A stretch of 39,537 bases of DNA from Octopus bimaculoides (taxonomy: Eukaryota): positions 181,030,282-181,069,818 of the forward strand of contig NC_068981.1 of NCBI RefSeq assembly GCF_001194135.2, given 5' to 3'. A model generated the notes under the pieces. That model did not search any database. It saw only the letters and a list, made by a program, of their open reading frames with translations, and was not told the origin of the DNA. A program made the position numbers and the translations under genes. Shown here one piece after another: positions 1 through 12,042 of the stretch. Within the stretch, counting starts at the first letter, position 1. The number at the start of each line of letters is the position of its first letter.

Positions 1-109
1 AATACTTGATTTAAGATAAATTCTTTTTAAGTTGAGAAAAAGAATTCAGTATATACATGTATGTACATATATACATGTATATGTATGTATATATGTACAC
101 ACGTGTGTG

Positions 110-163
<54 letters not shown>

Positions 164-886
164 TACATACATACACACTATTAGTTCAGCTGATGGTGGT
201 ATACAATAAAGTAGGGAGTATACCAAAGAGAGAGAAAGAGAGGTTCTTACATTCTTTGAATGGCCAATTCGAAAGTTTAAAAAGACAAAAAACACAAAAA
301 ACCCCCAGATTTATTCGATATTGGAAAGTATAAAGGTCGCTTTTAGTTTAGATGTATTGCTTTTTTTACTCTATTTAGGAAAAATATAGGTCTATGCACA
401 CACACACACACACACACAATGCACTGTTTACCTCCTCCTCATTTAAGCATTCCGTAACAGTAAACCATAGGCATTAGACGAGGTAATGCTGGTGATAGTT
501 GTTCAGTGGCAACTAAAAACTGTTGTTGGGTAGCACTGCATTGTCTAATAAAGAATGAAAATAAAAATAATAATAATGATGATGATATGCAATACTAATC
601 TAAATCATTTAGATTTGTACAAGAAATATCTGATCCCCAACTAAAAACTACCATAATTATTTATCATTATTATTACTGTGACTTAGCACTGTATGGAACT
701 GACTGCACGACCAAGAAATATATCTAAACAAGCCAGATTACCACAAACCAACCATTACAAATAACGAACACTGAAAGACTTGTCAAGAAGTATAGAATTC
801 CACATTCCAGAAACATCACACTAAATCTCTTACAGAATTAAGAAAGCTTTAACTGAAGGTCACTAATGTAGAAACATACATTATAT

Positions 887-1449
887 GGATCTATTTTAAA
901 ACGGGGGCCACATTTTTCATTAATGTTTTACGTAGTGTTTTTGGTACGGAAAGACTTTCAAACTTCGTATACTTATCTATTTTGTGTTATAGAACAGAGA
1001 AATATTTTTGTATTCGAATTTATTTCATGTAAAAAATTGTCTTATTTCGATAATTTCAACCAATCACTGACAAGTATTCAGTTGTTTACATTTACTCCTT
1101 TGGCTGATTAAGCGATGTAAAGCGTATTTAATCTCCATACCTTCGTTTTATTTGCTTTTTTCATTTTAAATTTGCTTTAACCCTCACCCTAAGGTTAGGG
1201 TTAGGGTTAATTGTTTCAGAATCGTTTGTTTATGTAGTTGGCACTTAATGTATATCGGCTGAATGGATGTCAGTGATTGGTTGAAATTACAGAAATACGA
1301 CAACTTTAACATGGAATAACTTATGGATTTCTTTATTTTTAAAGAAGACTAAGAGAAAAAGATGTTTTATATGACACATTCTACCAGTGTTCCAAGTTTC
1401 AAAGTGTTTTGTTAATGAAAAATGTGGCCCCCGTTTTAAAAAAGATCCC
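887..1449. mobile_element. MITE-like element with ~38-bp terminal inverted repeats, nested internal inverted repeats and central telomere-like repeats; superfamily unassigned
   Basis: ggatctattttaaaacgggggccacatttttcattaa (887-923) is the inverse of ttaatgaaaaatgtggcccccgttttaaaaaagatccc (1412-1449). Perfect 22-bp inner inverted repeat at 1051-1072 / 1268-1289. Confidence 0.8.
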
Positions 1450-1482
<33 letters not shown>

Positions 1483-1544
1483 TGGACTCTCCCGTCGTTA
1501 AATGATGTATGAGGCTTCGGTAAGAAATTGCCAAACAACCACAC

Positions 1545-1782
1545 ATGATTTGTTTATAGTGATCCAATGTTTGTGTTTATGTAAGTTCATGCCCGCCATC
1601 AAATCGACATTACCTTTACAGGTACACCATGTGCCACATGTCAGATGACGAAATGAGCGCAGAGCAATGTGAAATGAAGTGCTTTTGCTCAAGAACACAA
1701 CGCAATGCCCGGTCTGGGAATCGAACCCACGATCTCGCAATCTCGAGTGCAACACCCTAACCACTAAGCCAAGTACCTTCAC
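1545..1782 (-). mobile_element. tRNA-derived SINE (family A)
   Basis: Minus strand: A-box TGGCTTAGTGG, B-box GGTTCGATTCC, then tgtgttcttgagcaaaagcacttcatttcac, shared with the copies at 1800-2097 and 20973-21197. Confidence 0.8.
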
Positions 1783-1799
1783 ACACACACACATACCTA

Positions 1800-2097
1800 C
1801 CTCACATGATTGACTAGACTACTGGGTTTTGTTATACATCGCTGATCACAATGCACTTTGCATTGTTTTTAGCTTTCAAATGACACCATCTCACTGGCTA
1901 GGTGAGCAGGCCAACCTTACCCCTGTTCAGAACACTATTCCATCATATGGTTCCCCATTTACATCTCAGTGGACTGGAGCAACATGAAATGAAGTGTTTT
2001 GCTCAAAAACACAACACACCACCCAGTCCAGGAATTGAACCCAAGAACACTAGATCGTGAGTGCAACACCCTAACCACTAGGCCATGTGCCTTCACA
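1800..2097 (-). mobile_element. tRNA-derived SINE (family A), second copy
   Basis: TGGCCTAGTGG / GGTTCAATTCC boxes and the same body as the neighbouring copy; 3' boundary approximate. Confidence 0.75.
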
Positions 2098-2779
2098 TGC
2101 ACACACACATACATACATATACATATATATAATGTATGGAATACAGCTAATTAAGAAAGGGTTAGTATATTCTGGAATCATCAGAGGCCAGACATTAACA
2201 AAGAAGAAATAATCAGTTTACACCATGGAAAAAAGAAGGAACCAAAGATGGAACTACACACCTTAATGTCACATTGGAATCTTTTTGGTGATGGAATTTG
2301 GGATGGGGGTGAGGAGTGGGGGCACTGGATTAATCGCAAAGAAACAAGCTCCTCCTTCAATTATAATCAGACTGTTGACAAATGAACCTGAATGAAATAT
2401 CTATGAAAGTATCTTCATTGAGTGCTGTTGTCAGCTGTTTTAAGGTCGAAAGTAAGGTAAAAGAAAATCCCCACCCTCTTACCAAAAAGAAAGGAGGGAA
2501 AAAAAAATCTAGAGACATTACGAGACTCCTGCTTCACAGACGTGCACACTAAATACCTTCTTCAGTTGTTCTTTTAATGATATGTAATATACAATGCCAA
2601 AAGCATTGTACAAGAAGCAAACATATCTTCCCCCCCCCCCACTGCCCACAGTTTATAAAGCAGAACTAAATACTTCACAAGTTTAAATACTGACTCATTT
2701 TGCTATGTGAGGAAAACACCTGACATTTAGATAACTGATTCTTATATTTCATACATATACAGACACACAAACACACACA

Positions 2780-2823
2780 TTATATGTATGTATGTATATA
2801 TATATACATATATGTATGCGTGC

Positions 2824-2885
<62 letters not shown>

Positions 2886-3133
2886 NNNNNNNNNNNNNNN
2901 NNNNNNNNNNNNNNNNNNNNNNNNNNNNNNNNNNNNNNNNNNNNNNNNNNNNNNNNNNNNNNNNNNNNNNNNNNNNNNNNNNNNNNNNNNNNNNNNNNNN
3001 NNNNNNNNNNNNNNNNNNNNNNNNNNNNNNNNNNNNNNNNNNNNNNNNNNNNNNNNNNNNNNNNNNNNNNNNNNNNNNNNNNNNNNNNNNNNNNNNNNNN
3101 NNNNNNNNNNNNNNNNNNNNNNNNNNNNNNNNN

Positions 3134-3188
<55 letters not shown>

Positions 3189-3190
3189 AT
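2780..3190. repeat. (TA)n/(TG)n microsatellite around assembly gap 2886-3133
   Basis: Direct inspection. Confidence 0.95.
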
Positions 3191-3798
3191 AACAAAATAT
3201 TTAATCTATAACCAATAAAATGTATTTTGTTGAACTAAGAATTATAGATTAAATATTTTATTCACTCTCAGACTTATCCTGGAGTTGTTTATTCTAAGTG
3301 GCCAGACACAGCTTCTTTTGAACTTGCCAACCCCTGGAATATGTATTTGTTTATTTGCAGTTAAGGCAAAAACTTTGAAAAAGAAAAATAAGAAATTATA
3401 CGACTGGGTTAATTGGTTATTAGCAATCACACGTGTCTTAAAATATATACACTGAAAGTCTTCAAAGTATCAACAGTTTGGCCTGTAGGGAACAGCGATG
3501 TCTGATTTTCAACTTCAGTAATTGATTGTGAAGTTTTATGAAACCACCCATATCTCACCTTGACGATAAGTATTCGTCTTGTTAAAACCCTTGAACAGAG
3601 AGAGGCCAGGTCTCTATAAACCCTCCAGCTATGTAAAGAAGCAATCAGTTGAATCGAAACAATCTTCCAATGTAATTACATATGACAAGTTACCAAACCA
3701 GATCACTATTTCCAATACAGAGATTTGAAAATAAAACAATCTGTTTTTCTTTCAGTGTTACAAAAAAATAAATTTAAAAAGAAGGAGAGGGGGGGGGG

Positions 3799-3986
3799 NN
3801 NNNNNNNNNNNNNNNNNNNNNNNNNNNNNNNNNNNNNNNNNNNNNNNNNNNNNNNNNNNNNNNNNNNNNNNNNNNNNNNNNNNNNNNNNNNNNNNNNNNN
3901 NNNNNNNNNNNNNNNNNNNNNNNNNNNNNNNNNNNNNNNNNNNNNNNNNNNNNNNNNNNNNNNNNNNNNNNNNNNNNNNNNNNNNN
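3799..3986. other. Assembly gap after a G-run
   Basis: N run. Confidence 1.
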
Positions 3987-4359
3987 CCTGAAAACTATCC
4001 AGTTTAGTAGACAAGTAAATCTGTGGAAGCCACTCTGACGAGATGCATTATGGGACACTAATCTAAGAGTTAAAAAAAATAAACAATAAAACAAAAAGGG
4101 GTGGGGAGTTTAAGACCTTCTCTAGGTCAATCATTTAATGTACAAGGAATTTAACCATATTGCCCAGCTTATCTTTTAATCAAATCAAAAGTGCTGTGGT
4201 TTAACTGTGAACACATTCAAACATATTGGAAGCAGCTTTCAAAAATATTTTATCTACAGACAAGTAAAATGACAGAATGAGTAAATGTCAGAATACTTTA
4301 TATATCGTACAAAATGTATTTACTAGGTCTGTTCTCTTCCTCCACTTCCAAGTTAAAAA

Positions 4360-4390
<31 letters not shown>

Positions 4391-4398
4391 GCTTTATT
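4360..4398 (-). terminator. Candidate polyadenylation signal AATAAA (4398-4393) followed after 7 nt by a genomic A26 tract (4385-4360)
   Basis: Plus strand reads T26-aaactgc-tttatt. Confidence 0.45.
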
Positions 4399-6335
4399 TC
4401 CATTTGCTGAATGTGTACATTTATAAAAATGGCGGCATTTTTGTCACTAATCTCCAGAGAAAAATTAACTTCTAGCACCATTCACAGAAAAGACACTTGC
4501 TTTATCCACAGACGGACGTAGGAAACTAAACTCTGATCAGCTTAGAATCAACAAAAATACCACTGATCTGGACATAGGATTTAACAGACTGGAAATATTT
4601 TATTTCTGCAATTATTTATATATTTTTTTTAAAACTAGAGCTCCACGTAAAATATCTTTATTTCTCAGATTTGGCAATTCATTATGATTAAAGAATTTTA
4701 GGCATGTGAAAAAGAACCCTCTGACAAGTATATTAATAAATTCATAAGCAGTGAGGAGTTATTAAAACACTCTTACCCAAGAGCCATCACTGCCATCAAT
4801 CACGTCTGACTATTTGTACATTACCACAAGGCAGAATGTCATAGGGCATATGCAGCTTTTCAACAAAGGTGAAAGATGGGGGCAGGGGGAGAAAGTTTGA
4901 AATTTCACCTTTGTAATCATCAACCATTACATGCATGTTGTAGTTATCTTAATTGCATCTAAATTAACAAGATATAAATCACTAGTGATGGAGACCAAAT
5001 GATCTGTTCAGACTTTTTTTTTTATGCATAAATACAGTAACAACCAAATCTGAGAGAAAGCTATCTAAAATAATTCAACATTATTAAGCGTTTTCTATAT
5101 TTTTTCCAAACATTTTCCATTTTAAGTGTTATTCTTATTGGTAAACACTGAGTTTACTCTGCGCATATATATATATATATATATATATATTAGTTTATGT
5201 ATATATTAATATTATCTCAGTTTCAAAAAAACTTTTGATAATGTAAATAAATATGTTAATAGTTACCAGAGGTAGCAAAATTACACTAGAAACCAAGATA
5301 TATATATATATAAGAGAGAGAAAGAGAAAGAGATGCAGACAAACAGGTTGTCAAAGATTTCAGAGTGTTTAAGTTCAAATCATTTGAGCAACACAATGTG
5401 TTTTTTATACTGAAAATCTCTAGTCCTTACCTTTTGATATATATATATATATATATATAAAGTATATAAAAAATTTGTAGATTTTTACATGGATCTAATA
5501 TGCTATGAATGAGTCCATTACCCAGTAATAACTAAATAAAACTATATAAAACAACATTTAAATTAGCTTCCAAGGACAACAGATCTAAGCCCTTTATAAA
5601 TGAGCTATATACCAATTTGCAATAAATAAAAATAAGAAACAGGCTAACAGCAACAAAATGTATTTAAAATTTATTTTCTGTTTTATAGCTATTTAATGCA
5701 AGAGAAAACCTAAAACCAAATAAATACAAAACCGATAGGGAAAAATATTAAAAAGTTCCAGAATCTAAATTTGAAAGTACATTTATATTTAGAAAAAAGA
5801 ACCTCAAAAAACTCAAATTGAAACTTTTGAATTATACTGGAAATCTCTTGACTATTTTATACAAACTAAAGTTATTGATCAAAATTATTCACTAAACAAA
5901 ATAGCTCTAATTGTCAAAAATAAACCCTAGTAATTAATGAATAATCTGTGTGAAATAAAGGTTATTACTTATTTTGAAGACTGACTGCAGTAAACCTAAG
6001 AATTATCATGAGTAGATCATAACTCAGACATAAAGCAAAATTATATTATATTCTCTTACTATGTGCTCAAATTACATACACGAATAAATACTTTGTGATT
6101 ATATATATATATATAATGGAAAATCCTAGATACAGTAGGGTGCTTTTGAAAAAATGAATAAGAACGACTGACTTTTTGATAATCATTTTCCATTTAAACT
6201 AGATGTTTACAAATCAAAACGACACATATTGTAAACATCTAATCATCAAAGTGGAAAATAATTATCAAAAGAATCATTCTTAATTATTTTTTTCAAAGGC
6301 ATACTACTGTATCAAGGATGTACCGTTTATATATA

Positions 6336-6395
<60 letters not shown>

Positions 6396-6914
6396 NNNNN
6401 NNNNNNNNNNNNNNNNNNNNNNNNNNNNNNNNNNNNNNNNNNNNNNNNNNNNNNNNNNNNNNNNNNNNNNNNNNNNNNNNNNNNNNNNNNNNNNNNNNNN
6501 NNNNNNNNNNNNNNNNNNNNNNNNNNNNNNNNNNNNNNNNNNNNNNNNNNNNNNNNNNNNNNNNNNNNNNNNNNNNNNNNNNNNNNNNNNNNNNNNNNNN
6601 NNNNNNNNNNNNNNNNNNNNNNNNNNNNNNNNNNNNNNNNNNNNNNNNNNNNNNNNNNNNNNNNNNNNNNNNNNNNNNNNNNNNNNNNNNNNNNNNNNNN
6701 NNNNNNNNNNNNNNNNNNNNNNNNNNNNNNNNNNNNNNNNNNNNNNNNNNNNNNNNNNNNNNNNNNNNNNNNNNNNNNNNNNNNNNNNNNNNNNNNNNNN
6801 NNNNNNNNNNNNNNNNNNNNNNNNNNNNNNNNNNNNNNNNNNNNNNNNNNNNNNNNNNNNNNNNNNNNNNNNNNNNNNNNNNNNNNNNNNNNNNNNNNNN
6901 NNNNNNNNNNNNNN

Positions 6915-6965
<51 letters not shown>

Positions 6966-8054
6966 TATACACACACATACATACATAACCCTGACAGAGG
7001 ACAAAAATAGGAAGGAGCAAATAAATGATAGGGGAGTGCAGTAAATTATTCAAACAGTGTTTTTGAGTGTTGTGTATGCAAGCAGCGTTTATGTTTGGAA
7101 GAAATAAACCTTACAATGATTAAAAATGAAACTTCTTTTTTTTTTCAACTTGAGAAATGGGTTAATAAGAGATTAACAAGTTAACTGACAAAATATTTAA
7201 ATCAATTGAAAAAGGGGAAAGAAACAGCATACCAAAAGGAGAGATGGGCAACAAGGATCTGCAAAAAAAAAATCAACAATCAGTTTGGTATCCTCTTTGG
7301 TATAACAATTCTTAATTAGAGTAATTGCAATAAGTTAATATAGTGTAGAGAAAGAGGATGTGGTAGATGAAATATTAACTGAGATGGAATGAGAATCGGG
7401 ATTATGTTATCTAATTTCTAAGTGTTTGTTATTTAATACACTAATCTTAACTATAAATCATCTTGATCCCAGCTCTCAATCCATTCACAACAAATATTTA
7501 GCCATATCTTAACAAGCTTTGGGTAATGTATATAGATCGACTAAATTATCAGCCAGACAAATAATAAAGTTAGTTAGAGGCACCTGTAACATACAAATAT
7601 TTGGTCAAACTGATTTCTCCAAATACCTATGTAGACAACTTGATATTTGAGTAAGAGACTGTGTTAGCAGGAGTGAGATGACAGAGCAGGTGTAGATTTT
7701 TTTAAAAGATAGCCTACCAGAAAATACACCTTTCTGTCTTACAAAATGTAATTTGCTCTTATAAGCAACCAAAACTACCTGTCATTAATGGGTAGAGTAA
7801 TATAATCAACAATTCTTTGAAAAACAAAACTGTTCTTGGCATACTTACACCAGGTTATCACATAGCGCTACTCTACACTATAAAGTGACTGAAAGATTTC
7901 AATAAGGAGTAATTTTGGGGGAGTGTGTTGGTGCTTAGTGTTGCTATCAGACATATACATTCATTCATTAATACAACCAAACTGGCATACACACAGACAA
8001 AGCTGGGACAATGGTCAGGGCAATACTTCCAAGAGGAGGCAGAAAGTGGTGTCA
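4386..8054 (-). other. CCDC6: Candidate long CCDC6 3'UTR (~3.7 kb including one gap)
   Basis: Runs from the stop codon to an AATAAA plus A-tract. AU-rich and free of the SINEs that fill the introns. The 3' end is inferred; other AATAAA sites exist. Confidence 0.5.
6327..6985. repeat. (TA)n microsatellite around assembly gap 6396-6914, inside the candidate 3'UTR
   Basis: Direct inspection. Confidence 0.95.
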
Positions 8055-8117
8055 TCAGGTTTTGTCTTGTGGCACATTGCCAGGCCGTACAAACTTCTCA
8101 GGGCTTGGTCTGGGTTT
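8055..8117 (-). CDS. CCDC6: CCDC6 terminal coding exon: KPRPSPEKFVRPGNVPQDKT*
   Basis: Acceptor ttttcctttcag ending at 8118; phase 0. SPEKFVRP resembles human SPDKFKRP. Ends with tandem TGA TGA stops (8057-8052). Confidence 0.8.
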   Translation of the reverse strand, partial: KPRPSPEKFVRPGNVPQDKT

Positions 8118-9204
8118 CTGAAAGGAAAATTTTCCACATTAAGTTCCATGATAATAAAAAAAAACATTTATATTTACATAATTTATAGGGAAAATATATA
8201 TTTTTTTTTTACAGTGCTCTTTAAGAGGGGCAGATGACAATCTAGGATGTTGATATAATATACCATGCCATTTCGCAATAATAAAATGGATTTATGTGCC
8301 TGTTTTCTGAGATCTGTTAACCTTTTATAGCAGCATGGTATCCATTAGGAAGAACTGATTACATACTATTATACATGGTGACTTTGATATCAACCTTGTT
8401 ACTTCAAATATTTTTGCAAAGATGCCCTCTTTCTGATTGTTCCACACAGTGGTCTAAATTATCTACAGTTCTTACAGCTTAACAAGCAGCAAACATAGAG
8501 AGTACAGACATTAGAAGTAGAACAATGTTGTCCAAACAACAAACATATAGACAACAGCTTAAACATATATAATTGATACAGAAAATTCATCATTGAAAAC
8601 TGTCTATACCCTAACCTCTGCTCTGATCTGATCTACTGAAAGACTTAACTAAGAAAAATGATTTTACTTTGCTAAACAATGAGCAAAAGGAGAAATTTGT
8701 TTTTAATTATGTGATTTCTGAAGAAGAAACTGCATATTTTTCTGTTTTGTTTTGATACACTCCTGTATGTAGATTAATAGCATGTAGTGTGACTGGAATG
8801 TGTATATATAGAGAGGACAGAATACCAACAATGCATGGACTTAAATCTTTATACTATTACTGAAATCAATACTATAAAAAAACAAAAAGTGATAACAAAT
8901 GAAGTGGCAGACAAAAGCCAAACTGTCCAAAGGAGGTAACTCGTGGCTCCTTCACTTACCAAATTAGTGGACTGTCAAGAAAGCCACTTATTAGCATCTA
9001 ACGTCACCAAGGCTTAGCTTTTCACTCCAAGACAAACAGAAGAGCAATCAATGTACATTTAACTTACAAAGGTACTCAATAAGCAATAACTAAAGTAATA
9101 TCCTTTCTATAAAATTATGTAAAAATAACGGAGGTGAGGGGAATAAATCACTGAAGAGGTACTTTGATAAAACCACATGCTTTAATGAAGTTTATGTCTA
9201 TCTG

Positions 9205-9207
<3 letters not shown>

Positions 9208-9245
<38 letters not shown>

Positions 9246-9256
9246 NNNNNNNNNNN

Positions 9257-9283
<27 letters not shown>
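9208..9283. repeat. (TA)n-(GA)n compound microsatellite with short gap 9246-9256
   Basis: Direct inspection. Confidence 0.95.
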
Positions 9284-9287
<4 letters not shown>

Positions 9288-9442
9288 TATAAATGTGATA
9301 TGTCCAAGTGACCAATGTAAGGGAGATAATCTTTACACAATATTTGGCTGGATTAGAAGTTTGCAATTAAAACTCGAAGAACAAGGAACGTAATGCATAG
9401 AATACATAACTCATTAACTAGCTTCAGCCATGCCGGAACACA

Positions 9443-9485
<43 letters not shown>

Positions 9486-9698
9486 TCTTACATATTACGA
9501 AGATCTGGACACTTCATAACTCCAAGCCTTTAGATTCCATCCCAAAGTGTAGCACTTTAGGCAAGAGTCTTCTGTTGTGGCCTGTATTTCATGTGGGCTC
9601 ACTTTCCGCATATCTTTGCATGGAACCATTTGAGAGACGATGATATCATGTTTATGTCCTTTGTAAACAATTTGCCCTGCAGCAATGGCAACATATAT

Positions 9699-10075
9699 AG
9701 GTGCAGGCATGGCTGTGTGGTAAGAAGTTTGCTTCCCAAACACATGGTTCTGGGTTCAGTGCAAGTGCCTTCTACAATAGCCTCAGGCTGACCAAAGCCT
9801 TGTGGGTAGATTTGGCAGGCAGAAACTGAAAATAAATCCTCTGCTTTATATATCTGTGTGTGCATGTCTTTGTGTCTGTGTTTGTCTCCCACCATCATTG
9901 AACAATCAGTGTTGGTGTGTTTATATGCCATAAAACTTAGCAGTTTGGCAAAAGAGACCACTAAAATAACTACCAAGCTTTTTTTTTTAAAAAAAAATGA
10001 AGTATTGGGATTGATTTGCTTGACTAAAATGCTTCAAGGCAGTGCCCCAGCATGGCTGCAATATAATGATGAATC
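9699..10075 (+). mobile_element. tRNA-derived SINE (family B), near full length
   Basis: Head ggtgcaggcatggctgtgtggtaagaagtttgcttcccaa...gggttcagt, body ttctacaatagcctcaggctgaccaaagccttg, tail gcagtgccccagcatggctgca; homologous to several other copies in the window. Confidence 0.8.
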
Positions 10076-10096
10076 CTGTGCAACAGGCTGAATTTG

Positions 10097-10246
10097 TTAC
10101 TCTTTACTCTTGTTTCAGTCATTTGATTGTGGCCATGCTGGAGCAGCACCGCCTTTAGTTGAGCAAATCGACCCCAAGACTTATTCTTTGTAAGCTTGGT
10201 ACTTATTCTATCGGTCTCTTTTGCGGGGACAAACACAGACACACAA

Positions 10247-10313
<67 letters not shown>

Positions 10314-10491
10314 TACATACATACATACGACGGGCTTCTTTCAGTTTCCATCTACCAAATTCACTCACAAAGTTTTGGTCGGCCCAAGGCTATAGTAGAA
10401 GACACTTGCCCATGGTGCCACGCAGTGGGACTGAACCTGGAACCATGTGGTTGGTAAGCAAGCTACTTACCACACAGCCACTTCTGCACCT
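10097..10491 (-). mobile_element. tRNA-derived SINE (family B) with internal (TA)n/(CA)n tract
   Basis: Reverse complement gives the same head, body and tail as 9699-10075. Confidence 0.85.
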
Positions 10492-11039
10492 ATATGTTGT
10501 ATGAAGTTAAATCCCGTCTGATGCTAAATTAAAGAAGACAGTTTGAGTATAAATTGTTCAAGATATTACTAATGTAGAGAATCAAAAACTAAAGATAGTG
10601 TTCTCATAGTTATGTAATTCTGGTGACAGATATTGTAGATACTAGAGTGACTAACTGGACTGAAGGGCCAGGAATAACCAATAATAGACATTCTAGGTTG
10701 ACCAAAATTGAAGAGAGCAAGTTTATTGCTTCCATTCCAGCTTTAGAAGCAAATTAAAGATAAAATATGCAAACAGGTTTATTCTTTAATTTTTCTCGTT
10801 ATGAATCCTGGCCTAACATTTTCAGCAATTTAAGAAACTGCTCAGAAATCTCCACCTACAGCCATATAATGAGATGAGGAAATGAGGAGTATGATGATTT
10901 TTATTCTGGTAAGAAAAATGTACAGTATTCAAATAGGCAAAGACTTAAAAATTAAAAAAACCCGACCTTGGTAGGGAGAGCAAAAAGGTTTGAGTGGACA
11001 TAGTAAGGTACATCTATATTTGTTCTCCTTGATGATTCT

Positions 11040-11215
11040 TGGACAAATATAGATGGGATGGCCACATCACATGACTGAAGGATAACATGCACAATGAGGG
11101 TGATGGAATGGACACCAATACAATGGACAAGATGAAGAGACCGACCAAAGACAAAATGATCTCACTCACTATATAGGACCTGCATGGCTAGAGATAGACA
11201 GCAGTAGAAGGAGTC
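11040..11215 (+). mobile_element. Degenerate RTE-clade LINE, 3' end of ORF
   Basis: Interrupted translation YRWDGHIT*LKDN / RVMEWTPIQWTR*RDRPKTK* / ARDRQQ*K matches the RTE C-terminal pattern RWAGHIAR..DN..RV.EW.P...R.RGRP..RW..A.DR..W. Confidence 0.65.
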
Positions 11216-11549
11216 CAGTACAACCAGCCTGGAGGCTGCCACTGTGTTATGTCTCTGGACAGGAACCTTGACTTACATCTAAAAACAGGTAGGTACTAGG
11301 TGGAATGAACTGTGCATTATGAATAGCAACAACATTGTAAAATTGAGAAGAGGCTTGTCAGCGTAGAGTGCTGAGTTCAATTTCTTTTGTGGCTATGAGA
11401 ATGATGATTTTCCCAGTTGTCTCCCAATAATTGGAAAACTTCAAAAATATCCCCACACAAGGTGGAGATCAGCATTTGGATGGCTGTTTTAGAAGCAAAT
11501 GACTAAAGAAACATGATAGAAACACCAGTGGAGAGATACGATTTACATG

Positions 11550-12042
11550 TTCCAGTCATTGGGCTGTGGCCATGCTGCAGCACAGCCGTGAAAAGTTTAA
11601 TCAAGCAAAGAGACCTTAGTGATAGTTCTTAGTCTATCAGTCTCTTTTGCTGAAATGCTAGGTTATAAAGGAAGTGAACAAACCAATACTGGTTGTCAGG
11701 GTGTGTGTGAGTATGTGGAGGTGACAAATACACAGACACATTCATTACTAGCAACAGAAGCAGTATTGGTTCAGAATAGTATTCTGTATATCTTACTTAA
11801 AGTGGATATACTGTTTTGAGATTTTCTACCATAGATCCACATTTACATACATACACATATATATTTTTCCACACAGTTCCTGTCTACCAAATTTGCTCAT
11901 AAGGCATTGGGTGACTTGATGCTATAATAGAAGGCATTTTCCCAAGGTGCCGTACAGTGGGACTGAACCTGAAATCATGTGGTTATAAAGAGAACTTCTT
12001 AACCACACACACACACACTCACCCACCCATGCCTGTGCCTAT
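11550..12042 (-). mobile_element. tRNA-derived SINE (family B), diverged
   Basis: Homologous to 10097-10491 (gtgggactgaacctgaaatcatgtgg head; ctgtggccatgctg tail). Confidence 0.7.

Noticed and set aside
431-545. Exon-like minus-strand segment (ttattag ... gag/gtaaac)
   Set aside because: All three frames hit a stop before the donor.
1177-1210. Head-to-head TTAGGG repeats as a chromosome fusion scar
   Set aside because: Only about two units per side, central in a TIR-bounded element; reported as part of the MITE.
11-7053. ORF-track entries rich in YI/IY/CV/HT repeats or X (e.g. 11-295, 2749-3218, 3706-4094, 6293-7053)
   Set aside because: Artefacts of (TA)n/(CA)n microsatellites and N gaps, which contain no stop codons.
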